Position numbers and translations under genes: made by a program. The notes beneath the pieces were generated by a model. That model did not search any database, was not told where the DNA came from, and saw only the letters and a list, made by a program, of their open reading frames with translations. This document shows positions 9,001 through 20,278 of a DNA stretch of 64,000 nt, piece after piece; position 1 is the stretch's first letter, and the number at the start of each line of letters is the position of its first letter. Source of the DNA: an uncultured Clostridia bacterium. Lineage in GTDB: Bacteria; Bacillota; Clostridia; TANB77; CAG-508. The DNA lies in the NCBI GenBank assembly GCA_948896235.1, contig CAQUUC010000001.1:410063-474062 (forward strand). The letters run 5' to 3'.

Positions 9001-11707
9001 ACCAGTCTTTTGCCTCTCCTAGTTCTGCTTTTAAAGGTATCTTTAACTTTATTGCACCTTCCATTGAAGTTTTCAAAATTTCTTTTACTTGTTCTTTTTC
9101 TTCTATAACTGTATCAATTATTAGCTCATCATGAACTTGTAGAACAAGTTTTGATTTTAATCCTGCTTCTTCTAATCTTTTAAATACTTGAATCATAGCA
9201 ATTTTCATAATATCTGCTGCTGTTCCTTGTATTGGTGTATTCATTGCTGCTCTAGCACCAAATTGTCTTACCATGTAGTTTGATGATTTTAATTCTGGAA
9301 TTTGTCTTCTTCTATTAAATAAGGTTTCTACATATCCTTTTTCTTTTGCGTCTTCTACTATTGTATCCATAAATTTCTTAATTCCACTATATTTTTCTAA
9401 GTATTGGTCTATATATACTTTTGCTTCTTTTCTTGATATACCAAGTTGACCAGCAAGTCCAAAATCACTTATACCATAAACTATCCCAAAATTAACTGCC
9501 TTTGCACTAGCCCTTTGTTCTTTGGTTACTTCTTCTATTGGTACATTTAAAACTTTTGATGCTGCCTGTTTATGAATATCTTCATCCTTCATAAATGCCT
9601 CTATCATATGTTCATCACCAGAAATATGAGCAAGTACTCTTAATTCAATTTGTGAATAATCCGCATCTAAAAATATACAGTCCTCACTTGGTTTAAATGC
9701 TTTTCTTATTTTCTTTCCTGCTTCATTCCTTGTTGGAATATTTTGTAAGTTTGGCTCTGTTGAACTAATTCTACCAGTAGCAGTTACAGTTTGATGAAAA
9801 TAAGAATGAATTTTCCCATCACTTTCATTAATATATGGAATTAATCCTTCTACATAAGTAGAATTTAATTTTGCCATAGCACGATAATCCAAAATTTTAG
9901 AAACTATTTCGTGTTCATTCTTTATTTTTTCTAGTACCTCCACATCTGTTGAATATCCACTTTTCGTCTTTTTTGCATAGGGTAGTTTTAATTTATCAAA
10001 TAAAACTTCACCTAATTGTTTTGGTGAATTTATATTAAATTCTTCACCTGCTAGGTTATGAATTTCTTTTGTTAATGCTTCTAGTTCTCCTTTTAAAACC
10101 TCTCCATAACTAACTAATTCCTCTTTATCTACCTTCATACCAACATATTGCATATCTGCTAATACTTCTACAAGTGGCATCTCTATATTATTGAATAATT
10201 CTATAGAACCTTCATTCGTTAATTTTTCTTGTAAAATTTTCTCTAGTTTTGATATAACATAAACATATATGATACCTTGTTGCTTTTGTTTTGAATTAGA
10301 CGATTTTTCTTCATTCATTTCAAATAAATTAAGTTGCTCTTTCTCTTCTTTTACACCATTTTTCTTTAAATATTCTAAAATATCAGTTCCAGTATATGTA
10401 ATACTAAGGCCATCTAATGGATATTTTGAAGATACTGGATTTAATAAATATGCTGCAATCTTCACATCAAATTTAAAATGTTTTGGTGTAATTCCTATTT
10501 GCTTTAGCATTATATAATCTCTTGATAGTTCATATCCAACAAGTTCTTTTTCTTCAAATATAGTTTTAAAATACTTTATAAATTCTTCTTTATTTTCATC
10601 AAATTCATAATAATAAACTGTATTATTTAAAAATACACTAATACTTACTATTTGTTCTTTAATAATATATTCTACTTTATCTTTTGCTTCTTTTATTCCC
10701 AAATAATAAATAATTTTTTCTTCTTTTTCTAAAAGTTCTATTAAACTCTGTAATTCCGCTTCTTTGCTTATTTCTTTTACTTCAAAATTAGTATTTTGCT
10801 CTTCTGGTTTAGTTCCTTCACCTTGTAAAGAAAAACGTTCAATATATCTATTAAATCTATATTTTTTAAATAGTTCTAGTACTTTTTCTTTATCCCATTC
10901 ATCTTTTTTCATTTCCTCTAAATTTTCTTCTATTGGAGAATTTATATTTATTCTTCCAAGTTCTCTAGATAGAAGTGCAAGTTCTTTATTTTCTACTAGT
11001 TTTTCCCTTAATTTTCCTTTTATAGTATCTTCCCCTACTTCTATTTTTTTATATAAGTTATCAATATCTGTATATTCTTTAATTAGAGCAATTGCTGTTT
11101 TTTCGCCTACTCCTGGTACACCTGGAATATTATCAGATGTATCTCCCATTAAGCCTTTTACTTGTATTAATTGATATGGCTCTAAACCATATTCTTCTAT
11201 TACTTTTTTTCTATCATAATAATCTGTTTCTGTTTTTCCTGCTTTAGTTCTTGGTATTTCAATTGTTATTTTATCTGTTGCAAGTTGGAAGTTATCTCTA
11301 TCTCCAGAAAGAATTGTTACTTCTAATCCATTTTTTTCTCCAAATCTAGATAAAGTTCCAATAATATCATCACCTTCATAGCCTTCTTTTTCTATGATCT
11401 TAATGTTCATTGCTTGTAATATCTCTTTTATTATTGGCATTTGGCAAGCTAGTTCTTCTGGCATACCTTTTCTATTTGCTTTATATTCTTTATACATTTC
11501 ATGTCTTTTGGTTGGTCCTTTTTTATCAAATGCTACTACAATATACTCAGGTTTTAATTCTTCCTCTGTTTTAAACAGAATGCTTAAAAAACCATATACT
11601 GCATTTGTATAAGTTCCATCTTCTGTCATTAACATTTTATTTCCCATTATTCCATAAAATGCCCTGTTTAGTATGCTATTTCCATCAATTAACAATATTC
11701 TTCCCAT
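8987..11707 (-). CDS. polA: DNA polymerase I
   Basis: 906 aa. The 5' nuclease N-terminus (LLIDGNSILNRAFYG), a 3'-5' exo-like middle region and the polymerase motifs (DYSQIELRVLAH, QVHDELI) are all present. Confidence 0.95.
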   Translation of the reverse strand: MGRILLIDGNSILNRAFYGIMGNKMLMTEDGTYTNAVYGFLSILFKTEEELKPEYIVVAFDKKGPTKRHEMYKEYKANRKGMPEELACQMPIIKEILQAMNIKIIEKEGYEGDDIIGTLSRFGEKNGLEVTILSGDRDNFQLATDKITIEIPRTKAGKTETDYYDRKKVIEEYGLEPYQLIQVKGLMGDTSDNIPGVPGVGEKTAIALIKEYTDIDNLYKKIEVGEDTIKGKLREKLVENKELALLSRELGRININSPIEENLEEMKKDEWDKEKVLELFKKYRFNRYIERFSLQGEGTKPEEQNTNFEVKEISKEAELQSLIELLEKEEKIIYYLGIKEAKDKVEYIIKEQIVSISVFLNNTVYYYEFDENKEEFIKYFKTIFEEKELVGYELSRDYIMLKQIGITPKHFKFDVKIAAYLLNPVSSKYPLDGLSITYTGTDILEYLKKNGVKEEKEQLNLFEMNEEKSSNSKQKQQGIIYVYVISKLEKILQEKLTNEGSIELFNNIEMPLVEVLADMQYVGMKVDKEELVSYGEVLKGELEALTKEIHNLAGEEFNINSPKQLGEVLFDKLKLPYAKKTKSGYSTDVEVLEKIKNEHEIVSKILDYRAMAKLNSTYVEGLIPYINESDGKIHSYFHQTVTATGRISSTEPNLQNIPTRNEAGKKIRKAFKPSEDCIFLDADYSQIELRVLAHISGDEHMIEAFMKDEDIHKQAASKVLNVPIEEVTKEQRASAKAVNFGIVYGISDFGLAGQLGISRKEAKVYIDQYLEKYSGIKKFMDTIVEDAKEKGYVETLFNRRRQIPELKSSNYMVRQFGARAAMNTPIQGTAADIMKIAMIQVFKRLEEAGLKSKLVLQVHDELIIDTVIEEKEQVKEILKTSMEGAIKLKIPLKAELGEAKDWYEAK

Positions 11708-11723
11708 GAACTTTTAAACTCCT

Positions 11724-13304
11724 TTATTTTAATTCATATATAACAAATCTTCCTAGCCATCCTATATATTGTGCTGTTTCAAATACATCATTCTCTAATA
11801 ACTCACCTACTATTTGATTTTGGTATCTGCAATGCATCATAACAAAAATCCCATTATTATTTTTTACGCCATTTAATACATATTTTACATTATTAGATGA
11901 AAATTTATCTTTTGACATTATATATGTTTTATCTACTTTTGTAAGTGCTTCATAACATTCCATTGTTTTATTATATTGTGCTGAATAATCTTCATATACA
12001 TATATCATAGGTATATTACATACACTTTCTAGATATTTTAAAGCTTCTTTGTGTCCTTTATATGTATATAAATTATTAGATAGTTTTGGTATTACAGTAA
12101 TTGCAAAATAAATTGATATTACCACTAATATTAAAAATACACTTTTATTATTTGTTATATCCTTTAGTATATCATAAAATACATATATTAATGAACAAAA
12201 TATAAGTGGTATTACTGGCATTAAATATCTTAAATCTATATATGGTGAACAAATTATAGAAAATCCTAAATATATAGCCATAGGTATTGTAACATATTTT
12301 ATCTTATCATTTCGTTCTTTTTTATTCGTTTTCTTTTTAGTAATTAGCCATAAAATGCATATTAAAGTTGCTAAGATTACTATTATATAACTATAATTGT
12401 TAAATATTTCACTATTTATTAACCTAATATTTTCTAAGATTTTAGATAATAAAGTTTCAAGTTCAAAAAAGCTTGTCTTAATACCTTCTCCTCTATAACT
12501 GAAAAATATATGTTGTATTGAATATGGAAATATTATTATTCCAGTTAGTCCTGATGCTATTAATGTTATTATATACAAAATTGCGTTGTTTAATTGTTCA
12601 TGTTTTATATATTTTATCAAATATATAAAACATAATATAGAAACTATTACACAATAGTAATAATGTGTTAAAAAGCCTGCAATCACCATAAAGTATAAAG
12701 GTATTAGGTCTTTATATGTTAATTGTTTAACTTCACTTTTTCGTATGTGCCAATAAATTAACATTAGTATATTTAAAACCAACAGTTCATACATTCTTAC
12801 ATACATTACTGTTTCTATAATTGCTAATGAAAATCCAGAAATAAAACACACTAATAATGCATAGTATGGACTTCTAAATATTTCTTTTGCTATTAGAAAT
12901 AAAAATATACTTGCAATTATAAAAATTATAATATTTAGTATTGTTCCTGGCCATATAGAGAATTCGCCTATATTAAAATTACATACTATACGTAATAGTA
13001 AATAATATAATGGCGGATGTACATCTTCTACTTGATTATTATATACACTACTAAAATCATATTTTTCGTTTTCATTTATTACTAAATAGTCTTTATAATA
13101 TTCTTTATTATGCCAGTTATCTAAAAAATCTTCATTTTCATATATAAATGCCCTTTTATATCCCATTAATCCATGTGAATAATATTCATCTATATGATAA
13201 TACTCTCTTTTGCTGGTAGCATATATAATTGCTAATATTTGCATAAATATTATAAGTATAAATAGTGCTATTACGATTATTTTTTCTTGCTTTAATTTTT
13301 TCAT
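11724..13304 (-). CDS. Large polytopic membrane protein, GT-C (ArnT/PMT-like) glycosyltransferase fold candidate
   Basis: 526 aa with more than 10 predicted TM helices plus a C-terminal soluble domain. The architecture fits GT39/GT83-like enzymes. I recognised no specific motif. Confidence 0.4.
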   Translation of the reverse strand: MKKLKQEKIIVIALFILIIFMQILAIIYATSKREYYHIDEYYSHGLMGYKRAFIYENEDFLDNWHNKEYYKDYLVINENEKYDFSSVYNNQVEDVHPPLYYLLLRIVCNFNIGEFSIWPGTILNIIIFIIASIFLFLIAKEIFRSPYYALLVCFISGFSLAIIETVMYVRMYELLVLNILMLIYWHIRKSEVKQLTYKDLIPLYFMVIAGFLTHYYYCVIVSILCFIYLIKYIKHEQLNNAILYIITLIASGLTGIIIFPYSIQHIFFSYRGEGIKTSFFELETLLSKILENIRLINSEIFNNYSYIIVILATLICILWLITKKKTNKKERNDKIKYVTIPMAIYLGFSIICSPYIDLRYLMPVIPLIFCSLIYVFYDILKDITNNKSVFLILVVISIYFAITVIPKLSNNLYTYKGHKEALKYLESVCNIPMIYVYEDYSAQYNKTMECYEALTKVDKTYIMSKDKFSSNNVKYVLNGVKNNNGIFVMMHCRYQNQIVGELLENDVFETAQYIGWLGRFVIYELK

Positions 13305-13330
13305 TTTTTCTCCTGTTTTTTACTTCTTCT

Positions 13331-14767
13331 TTACGCATTTCTTGTCTGTAACTTATGCTTTCTATCACATAATATATTAGAAATCACCATTGCAACTAAC
13401 AAAATTATTGGATATATTGCTCCAAACATATAATGTTCATATGCAACAAAATATACTATGTTACTAAGTTCTGCAAGTATTGTAATACTTGCTAACCATT
13501 TTATATTTTTTGATGAATCCCACATTATTGTAGCTAGTATCCATAGTGTATACCAACTTTGGAAATTAGTTATTACTCCAAATAAGAATAACACTAATAA
13601 TCCATTGTATTTTCTAATATATGTGCTAAATATATACTGTTTTTTTGTTACTAACAGTTTTATTATAGTAATTAAATATATTACTATAAATGCTAGCATA
13701 AACCCTTTTGATACAGCTAATCCTAAGTTAAAATCTCTTAATACAATCGGTGTAAATATTGAATTTACAAATTTTCCTTGTTGTGTCATTATTCCATTTA
13801 AGAAATCAAAATCTCTCATATATACTGAATAACACAATACCAATACCGCAATAAATAGTATAGCCCACAAGAAAGAATATAATATCTTTTTAAATAATTT
13901 TTCTTTTCTATAATGATATAAAATTATAAATGGTATTAGTAATATTGCCACATATTTTACTGCTGAAGCTAGTGCAAATGATATTACAGTTAGTGATAAA
14001 TTCTTCTTTTTTATAAAGAAATATAATCCAAGTAAAATTAAGAAAATAAGCACTAGTTCATTATGTACATTTGCTAAACCATCAAATAGTATTAATGGAT
14101 TTATTCCATATAATAATGCAAATATATTTCTCTTATTGGTTATTTTATATATTAAATATGTATTTATTAAATGTAATCCCAAATTAAATAATTTATATAT
14201 AAATAATGCTAAAAATAAATTTCCCATAGATAAACCACTTAAAATTTTACACATCAATGGCCACGCTGGTCCATATACTATTGTTTGCCCACTCCAAATT
14301 CCTTTCATCTTAAGTAGCATCTCATCATTTGCAGCTTCCTCATTTTCTGCCATTACATCATTTACAGAGGTATAATATGGATTTACTTTGTAATGTGCCT
14401 CACTCCAACCAGTTCCAATATAATAAAATACATCTGTACTAGTTAGTGGTAGCATAATAAAGAATAGTAAAGATACAATTGTAACAAATATTGCTACTTT
14501 TTTACTACTTGTAAATTCTTTTTTGTGGTTATTTATAATTTTATAATATACAAAAGCTAATGCTACAAATATTCCAACAAAAAATATTGTTCCAATTACT
14601 TTTCCTGGTGTAATTCCTGCAGTAGAATATGTAAAGAAAAATGTAAAACTAGAAACTAAGTCTATTATCTTTCTTCCTTGTAACAAATATACAATAGATG
14701 GACTAATAAAAGCCACTGATAATAATATAAATATGATTTTCCAATTAATCTCTTTTTTCTTTTTCAT
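13331..14767 (-). CDS. Large polytopic membrane protein, GT-C-like (DUF2029/GT87-like candidate)
   Basis: 478 aa and highly hydrophobic, with about 12 TM helices. It overlaps the queH stop region by 23 nt. Confidence 0.4.
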   Translation of the reverse strand: MKKKKEINWKIIFILLSVAFISPSIVYLLQGRKIIDLVSSFTFFFTYSTAGITPGKVIGTIFFVGIFVALAFVYYKIINNHKKEFTSSKKVAIFVTIVSLLFFIMLPLTSTDVFYYIGTGWSEAHYKVNPYYTSVNDVMAENEEAANDEMLLKMKGIWSGQTIVYGPAWPLMCKILSGLSMGNLFLALFIYKLFNLGLHLINTYLIYKITNKRNIFALLYGINPLILFDGLANVHNELVLIFLILLGLYFFIKKKNLSLTVISFALASAVKYVAILLIPFIILYHYRKEKLFKKILYSFLWAILFIAVLVLCYSVYMRDFDFLNGIMTQQGKFVNSIFTPIVLRDFNLGLAVSKGFMLAFIVIYLITIIKLLVTKKQYIFSTYIRKYNGLLVLFLFGVITNFQSWYTLWILATIMWDSSKNIKWLASITILAELSNIVYFVAYEHYMFGAIYPIILLVAMVISNILCDRKHKLQTRNA

Positions 14768-15323
14768 AGTATACCTCTTTGTCTTTTTCTATTTTTTTAC
14801 TATATCTATCTTCTTCTGAAAATACACATCCACAATATTTTTGCATATATAGTCCACGTTCTCGTGCGATTTTTTGCCCTTCTCTAAATCCTATTCTAAA
14901 ATCCCTATATACAAATTTAATGTCATATTCTTTTGAAAGATTCTCACATACTTCTTTTAATACTTCATGGTTTTGATATGGACTTACTAATAATGTTGTT
15001 GTAAATGCATCATATCCATTTTCTTTTGCATATTTTACTGTTTTTTCTAAACGAACTTTATAGCAGTAATTTGCACATCTATTTTTCAAATCACCTATTA
15101 CATTTTTACAAAACTCGTCTAAGCCATATTCTTCTTCAAATATAGCTTCTACGTTAATACTTTTAGCATATTCTTTTAAACAATCTCTTCTTGCACTATA
15201 TTCAGTGTATGGATGTATGTTAGGATTGTACCAATAAATGACAGGTTCAATTCCTTCTTTTCTTAATGTATCTATACAATAAACACTACATGGTGCACAA
15301 CAGGTATGCATTAATAAATTCAT
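14745..15323 (-). CDS. queH: Epoxyqueuosine reductase QueH (DUF208)
   Basis: 192 aa. The LMHTCCAPCS start and the C-terminal YCGCVFSEEDRY are diagnostic of QueH. Confidence 0.85.
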   Translation of the reverse strand: MNLLMHTCCAPCSVYCIDTLRKEGIEPVIYWYNPNIHPYTEYSARRDCLKEYAKSINVEAIFEEEYGLDEFCKNVIGDLKNRCANYCYKVRLEKTVKYAKENGYDAFTTTLLVSPYQNHEVLKEVCENLSKEYDIKFVYRDFRIGFREGQKIARERGLYMQKYCGCVFSEEDRYSKKIEKDKEVYYEKEKRD

Positions 15324-15354
15324 TTTTGTTTCCTCTTTTCATTTTTGTATATTA

Positions 15355-17322
15355 TTAAATTTGTTTCTCTCCAATATTTCTATTAGTAGATAATTGTTCT
15401 TGCCTATCTTCAACTTTTACCAATGTATATATATTATTTAAAATACTATTATATTTACTATAGATATTGGTTAAATTTTTAGTAATTACTTGTCCTTGTG
15501 TTTGACTATTTTCTCTAGGTTGTTGTACCAATAACTGTAATTCATTTTTTATTATTTGTGTTTCATTATTTAGTTGTTCTATTTGCTTCCTATTACTAAA
15601 TACACTAAATATTCTGCCTACTTTACTTGGTAGCTGTAAACCTTGACTTTGAATATTCAAGGTGCTTAATGCCTTTTCTTGTAGCATTTGTACTGTTGGT
15701 AAATTTCCAAATACGCTTCTTATTGCTCCTTCCGTTTGTAACATTTCTTCCGTTAAAGTTCCTCCATTATATTGATATGCACATTCATATATTTCATATA
15801 GCATTTCTTCTTCACTATTTTGTTGATTTGCACATTCTCTAGTAAAAGCTGCATAATTCATTTTTGTTTCTGCATTTCTAACCTTTGCTTGTTTTAATTT
15901 AGTCCTTCCTAATATTTTATTTAGAAAGGTATCTTTTTCACTTAAGGCACTATTCCTTTCATAATTTAATTTGTCAACTTTTATTCTATATATCATTTCT
16001 TGAATTTTTCTATTTAAATTAATTTTTATATCTAACACAGAATTTTCATCATAGCCTTGTAAAAAATCAGGAAATTCTACTAACATTTCTTTTGCATTTC
16101 CATATTTCTTAGATAATTCTCCTAATAACTCAAATTCAATATTAGGGTCATTGGCTATAATCTTCTTTTTTAATTCTTCACCTATTTGTTCTACTCTGTC
16201 ATTTAATTCACCTTCTAATGCTTGCGAATTAAATGTTTGTATTCCTAAAGCATTTGATATATCTCTGTACTTATGTATATGTTGTATAATATTCGCTACA
16301 TTATTTAGTAAACTTTGCCTAATAAAGGTACTATCTTGATTTGTTATGCCTTTAAGTTCTTCTATCCTTGCATATAGTATACTTAATATTGCTTGTTGTA
16401 TTTTCTGTGTTTGTTGTTCTTCTTGTATTGTTTGTTCTTCACTTCTATTTTCATTTCTTTGTTTATCAATATGTATTTCTCTTTGTTTACACAACCCTTT
16501 TAACATCTGCCTAAAATTGTTTTTATAATTTGATATGCTTTCTTTTATATGTCCATATTCTTCTAAAATTTTGTCTTTATCTTGAATAATTAGCTTTCTT
16601 TCTTCCAATGTTGTTGGACTTAAGGTTGATAATCTTTCATATTCGGCTTCTAAATCTTCACCTTGTTTTACTTGTTGTATAAATTGTTCATATCCATCTA
16701 TACAACTTTTTCTTAAATCACTTAATGTTTCAGCACTAAGTTCTGGTAATTCTCCTTTTTCTAATGTTACATTGTAATATTTAGTATCTTCCCACTCACT
16801 AACAAATTGTATATCTCTTACTTTCGAAAATGGTAATATTAATACTTCTTCTTCATTATCAAGATTATTTCCTTTTTGTTTTTCTATATAACAATGTGGT
16901 AAATCTCCAATTGTTTGAATTCTCATTATTACTGCATTATTGTAATCGGTGCAAAACCTTTTAGCTATATCTTCATCAAGAGTCGTTGATAATGCTCCTC
17001 CTATTTCATCTCCTGATTTGATATTTTTCACTTCATCTGTTATTGTTCCTCGAATTAATCTACTATGTCCTGTTTTTCCATCTCTATAAATTAATCCGTA
17101 AATATTAACAAAGTCTTTTATCAAAGCCTGTATTTCAGCTTTTGAAGATTTCATATTCCATCCTTTACTATGCATTTTTATTATTCTTTCAAAATCTAAA
17201 TCTCCCAATACATTAATTTTTGCATGTAACGGTCCAGAATATCTCTGCATTGACTGTATTTCTTCCTCATTACTTGGTAATCCATCTATATAATTTGAAT
17301 TGCTTTTTTCTTCACTTTTCAT
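15355..17322 (-). CDS. ADP-ribosyltransferase-domain protein (C3/VIP2-type R-S-ExE) with a long C-terminal coiled-coil, Gln-rich region
   Basis: 655 aa. The N-terminal region reads EEEIQSMQRYSGPLHAKINVLGDL. It has R91 in SRLIRG, S112-T-T in GGALSTTLD and E157-E-E in NEEEVLILP. No signal peptide or TM helix is present. Confidence 0.6.
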   Translation of the reverse strand: MKSEEKSNSNYIDGLPSNEEEIQSMQRYSGPLHAKINVLGDLDFERIIKMHSKGWNMKSSKAEIQALIKDFVNIYGLIYRDGKTGHSRLIRGTITDEVKNIKSGDEIGGALSTTLDEDIAKRFCTDYNNAVIMRIQTIGDLPHCYIEKQKGNNLDNEEEVLILPFSKVRDIQFVSEWEDTKYYNVTLEKGELPELSAETLSDLRKSCIDGYEQFIQQVKQGEDLEAEYERLSTLSPTTLEERKLIIQDKDKILEEYGHIKESISNYKNNFRQMLKGLCKQREIHIDKQRNENRSEEQTIQEEQQTQKIQQAILSILYARIEELKGITNQDSTFIRQSLLNNVANIIQHIHKYRDISNALGIQTFNSQALEGELNDRVEQIGEELKKKIIANDPNIEFELLGELSKKYGNAKEMLVEFPDFLQGYDENSVLDIKINLNRKIQEMIYRIKVDKLNYERNSALSEKDTFLNKILGRTKLKQAKVRNAETKMNYAAFTRECANQQNSEEEMLYEIYECAYQYNGGTLTEEMLQTEGAIRSVFGNLPTVQMLQEKALSTLNIQSQGLQLPSKVGRIFSVFSNRKQIEQLNNETQIIKNELQLLVQQPRENSQTQGQVITKNLTNIYSKYNSILNNIYTLVKVEDRQEQLSTNRNIGEKQI

Positions 17323-17344
17323 AGGTACTCCTCTAAGTAATTTA

Positions 17345-19198
17345 TTATTTACACTTCACAATTCCACCAAAATTGTTTTCAAAAATGATATCTCCTAGTT
17401 CATGTATTCTTTGTTGTAATACTTTATAGTAATCTGTTCTATTAAAATAAATTATATAATCAGCAGCTTCTATATCATTTTTTGCATTTAACATTTTTAG
17501 TGTAATCCCATTTTGTCCTTTTCTTGTATATGATTGTTCTTTATTGTTTAAATATCTTGTTAATGTATAAGCCCAGTATCCTTGCTCCATATCTCCTATT
17601 ATTTCTACTTTATTATCATAACTTATATTATCTTCTAAATATTTTAACAGTTCTAACTCTTCTTTATAAAAATCCGTCTTTTTATATTTCAATATTGTTT
17701 TATTCGCACCAAATACTTCTACTACTGTTGTTAGTCTTTCATTTGGGTTTAATTCCCTGTTTTCTAATGTTGTATCTACAAATAATAAATTTAGTATTAT
17801 TAGCACTGTATAAAAGCCTACTATTCCAAAAGAAATTTTAGGATACTTCTTATATATTTCCACTAACCCTTTGTAATTTAAATAAAATAGTATAAACCAT
17901 AATGCAAAATAGTTTTTGCTTAGATAATATATTGATACTTTTCCAAATATAAAACCAAATAGTAATAGTTCTATAAAGGCTATACAAAATATCATATTCA
18001 TTCCAGCAAACTTATTATCTTTCCAGCTTTTTATTATTAAATATATAGGAATTGGTAGCAACAATAACATATTAGAATATAAATTCACATATATATATCC
18101 ATATGTTGCAAGACCTCTTCCCGTTAGATATGATGAGTAATTAAACATTGTTTCAGTATTTAAATTAGCATTAATAATTACTCCATATATTTGTGGTGCT
18201 ATATGATATATAAATCCCAAGAAAAATGGTAATAGCAATGTTACAATTAACAAAGCAATATTCTTTTTAGTAAATATACTTTTATCTTTTTCATAGCTAT
18301 GAATACAGAAATATAACCATAATGCTGGATACAAAAATGGTACAAACATATAGTATGCACTAAATACTCCAAAGTTTAATAATGCAAATATTATTATGCT
18401 ATATACAAATTTTAATTGTTGATTTTTAAAATAATACACCATATCAAATACTAAGCATATAAGAAGAATTCCCATACTTAGATATTCAAATCCAAATAAG
18501 AAACTATTTAAGGGGTATCCCATTGTATATATTAAACTAACTACAAATGCCAAAAAATGTGTTTTTTTATCTATTGCAGCTGTAGATATTGTTGTATACA
18601 TTGATGCTGCAGTTATAAATAATACAAATATTCCAAAAATTATAAATATATTGTAGTTATAAAATGGATCTATAATCCCATCTAAACACTTCATTATTAA
18701 TCCTGAGTTAACATATGAAACTGTTTTTCTTGTAGCAAAACTATTATAAACTTCATCTCTATCCGTTATTAGTAATGAATCGTTTTCAGCAAACATTTCT
18801 GATGTTAAATAATGTACTGATGGATCTCCTGTTTCATATTTTATATTGAATGGAAATCCAAAATTTAAGTATGATACTATTAATACTGCAATTCCTAATA
18901 TTGCTATATATATTATATCTATCTTTTTTATTTCATATTTTTGTATTTGTTTTTTGTATAACATTAGAGTAATAAGAATTATTGAAAATACAATATTAAT
19001 TATTGATAAACTCATTAATGTCACTGGTATTAAAAAGAATGTAAGCACATAACTTATAAATGTATTATAGCAAAACATTACTCCTATAGTTATATTTATG
19101 AAGCTAAGTATGTTTAGCTTTTTATCTGTTTTTTTGATAAGTATAAAACTTATTACCAAAATAATTAGTGACAAAATATAAATTATTTGCATTCTCAT
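17345..19198 (-). CDS. Large polytopic membrane protein (GT-C/YfhO-like candidate)
   Basis: 617 aa with many TM helices and a C-terminal soluble domain of about 130 aa. No motif recognised. Confidence 0.4.
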   Translation of the reverse strand: MRMQIIYILSLIILVISFILIKKTDKKLNILSFINITIGVMFCYNTFISYVLTFFLIPVTLMSLSIINIVFSIILITLMLYKKQIQKYEIKKIDIIYIAILGIAVLIVSYLNFGFPFNIKYETGDPSVHYLTSEMFAENDSLLITDRDEVYNSFATRKTVSYVNSGLIMKCLDGIIDPFYNYNIFIIFGIFVLFITAASMYTTISTAAIDKKTHFLAFVVSLIYTMGYPLNSFLFGFEYLSMGILLICLVFDMVYYFKNQQLKFVYSIIIFALLNFGVFSAYYMFVPFLYPALWLYFCIHSYEKDKSIFTKKNIALLIVTLLLPFFLGFIYHIAPQIYGVIINANLNTETMFNYSSYLTGRGLATYGYIYVNLYSNMLLLLPIPIYLIIKSWKDNKFAGMNMIFCIAFIELLLFGFIFGKVSIYYLSKNYFALWFILFYLNYKGLVEIYKKYPKISFGIVGFYTVLIILNLLFVDTTLENRELNPNERLTTVVEVFGANKTILKYKKTDFYKEELELLKYLEDNISYDNKVEIIGDMEQGYWAYTLTRYLNNKEQSYTRKGQNGITLKMLNAKNDIEAADYIIYFNRTDYYKVLQQRIHELGDIIFENNFGGIVKCK

Positions 19199-19224
19199 TT
19201 TCTCCTTTTGTTTTACTCTGCGAT

Positions 19225-20223
19225 TTATTGTGTTATTCCTAGATGTATATATGCCTCTGGCATGGCAACTCTTCCTCTTGGTGTACGTGATAAAAATCCT
19301 ATTTGTATTAAATATGGCTCATATACATCTTCTATTGTTTCCACTTCTTCTCCTATTGTTACAGCCAAAGTTTCTAATCCCACTGGCCCACCTTTATATT
19401 GTTCAATAATTGTTTTTAATATTTTTCTATCTATTTCATCTAAACCTAGTTCGTCTATTTCTAATTTGCTTAAAGCAATTTTTGCTATTTCTAATGTAAT
19501 TTTCCCATCTCCTAAAACTGCCGCATAATCCCTAACTCGTTTTAAAATTCTATTTGCAATTCTTGGTGTTCCTCTAGAACGTCTTGCCATTTCATTTATT
19601 GCTTTTTCTTCTATATCTACTCCTAAAATTGTTGCAGATCTTTTTATTATTAGTGCAAGTTGTTCTGGTGTGTAAAGTTCAAGTCTTGATACTATTCCAA
19701 ACCTATCTCTTAAAGGAGTTGTAAGTGATCCTGCTTTTGTTGTAGCTCCTATTAAAGTAAATCTAGGAAGATCTAGTCTTATAGACCTTGCGCTTGGACC
19801 TTTACCTATTATAATATCTAAACTAAAATCTTCTAATGCAGGATATAATATTTCTTCTACTGTTTTATTTAATCTATGTATCTCATCTATAAAAAGCACA
19901 TCAAATTCTGTAAGATTTGTAAGTATTGCCGCTAAATCTCCTGGTTTTTCAATTGCTGGCCCCGAGGTTATTTTAATGTTAGAATTCATTTCATTTGCTA
20001 TTATATTAGATAATGTCGTTTTTCCAAGTCCTGGAGGTCCATATAACAAAACATGGTCAAGAGGCTCGCCTCTTTTTTTGGCTGCCTCTATATATATTTT
20101 CATATTTTCTTTTACTTTATCCTGTCCAATATATTCTTTTAATGCTTTTGGTCTTAAAGAATTTTCTAGTCTTTCCTCTTCTACGCCTTCTAATTCTGGA
20201 CTAGTTATATTTTCATATTCCAT
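19225..20223 (-). CDS. ruvB: Holliday junction branch migration helicase RuvB
   Basis: 332 aa. Walker [10 protein letters not shown] and LFIDEIHRL, with full-length RuvB similarity. Confidence 0.95.
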   Translation of the reverse strand: MEYENITSPELEGVEEERLENSLRPKALKEYIGQDKVKENMKIYIEAAKKRGEPLDHVLLYGPPGLGKTTLSNIIANEMNSNIKITSGPAIEKPGDLAAILTNLTEFDVLFIDEIHRLNKTVEEILYPALEDFSLDIIIGKGPSARSIRLDLPRFTLIGATTKAGSLTTPLRDRFGIVSRLELYTPEQLALIIKRSATILGVDIEEKAINEMARRSRGTPRIANRILKRVRDYAAVLGDGKITLEIAKIALSKLEIDELGLDEIDRKILKTIIEQYKGGPVGLETLAVTIGEEVETIEDVYEPYLIQIGFLSRTPRGRVAMPEAYIHLGITQ

Positions 20224-20278
20224 ATGGGGTTACCTTCCTTTTAATTTTTTAGAACTCCTATGCAGTAATATATTTACC

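Noticed and set aside
13186-13368. A 60-aa ORF that spans the junction of the two GT-C-like membrane protein genes.
   Set aside because: It overlaps both neighbouring genes out of frame, is basic and low in complexity, and has no RBS.
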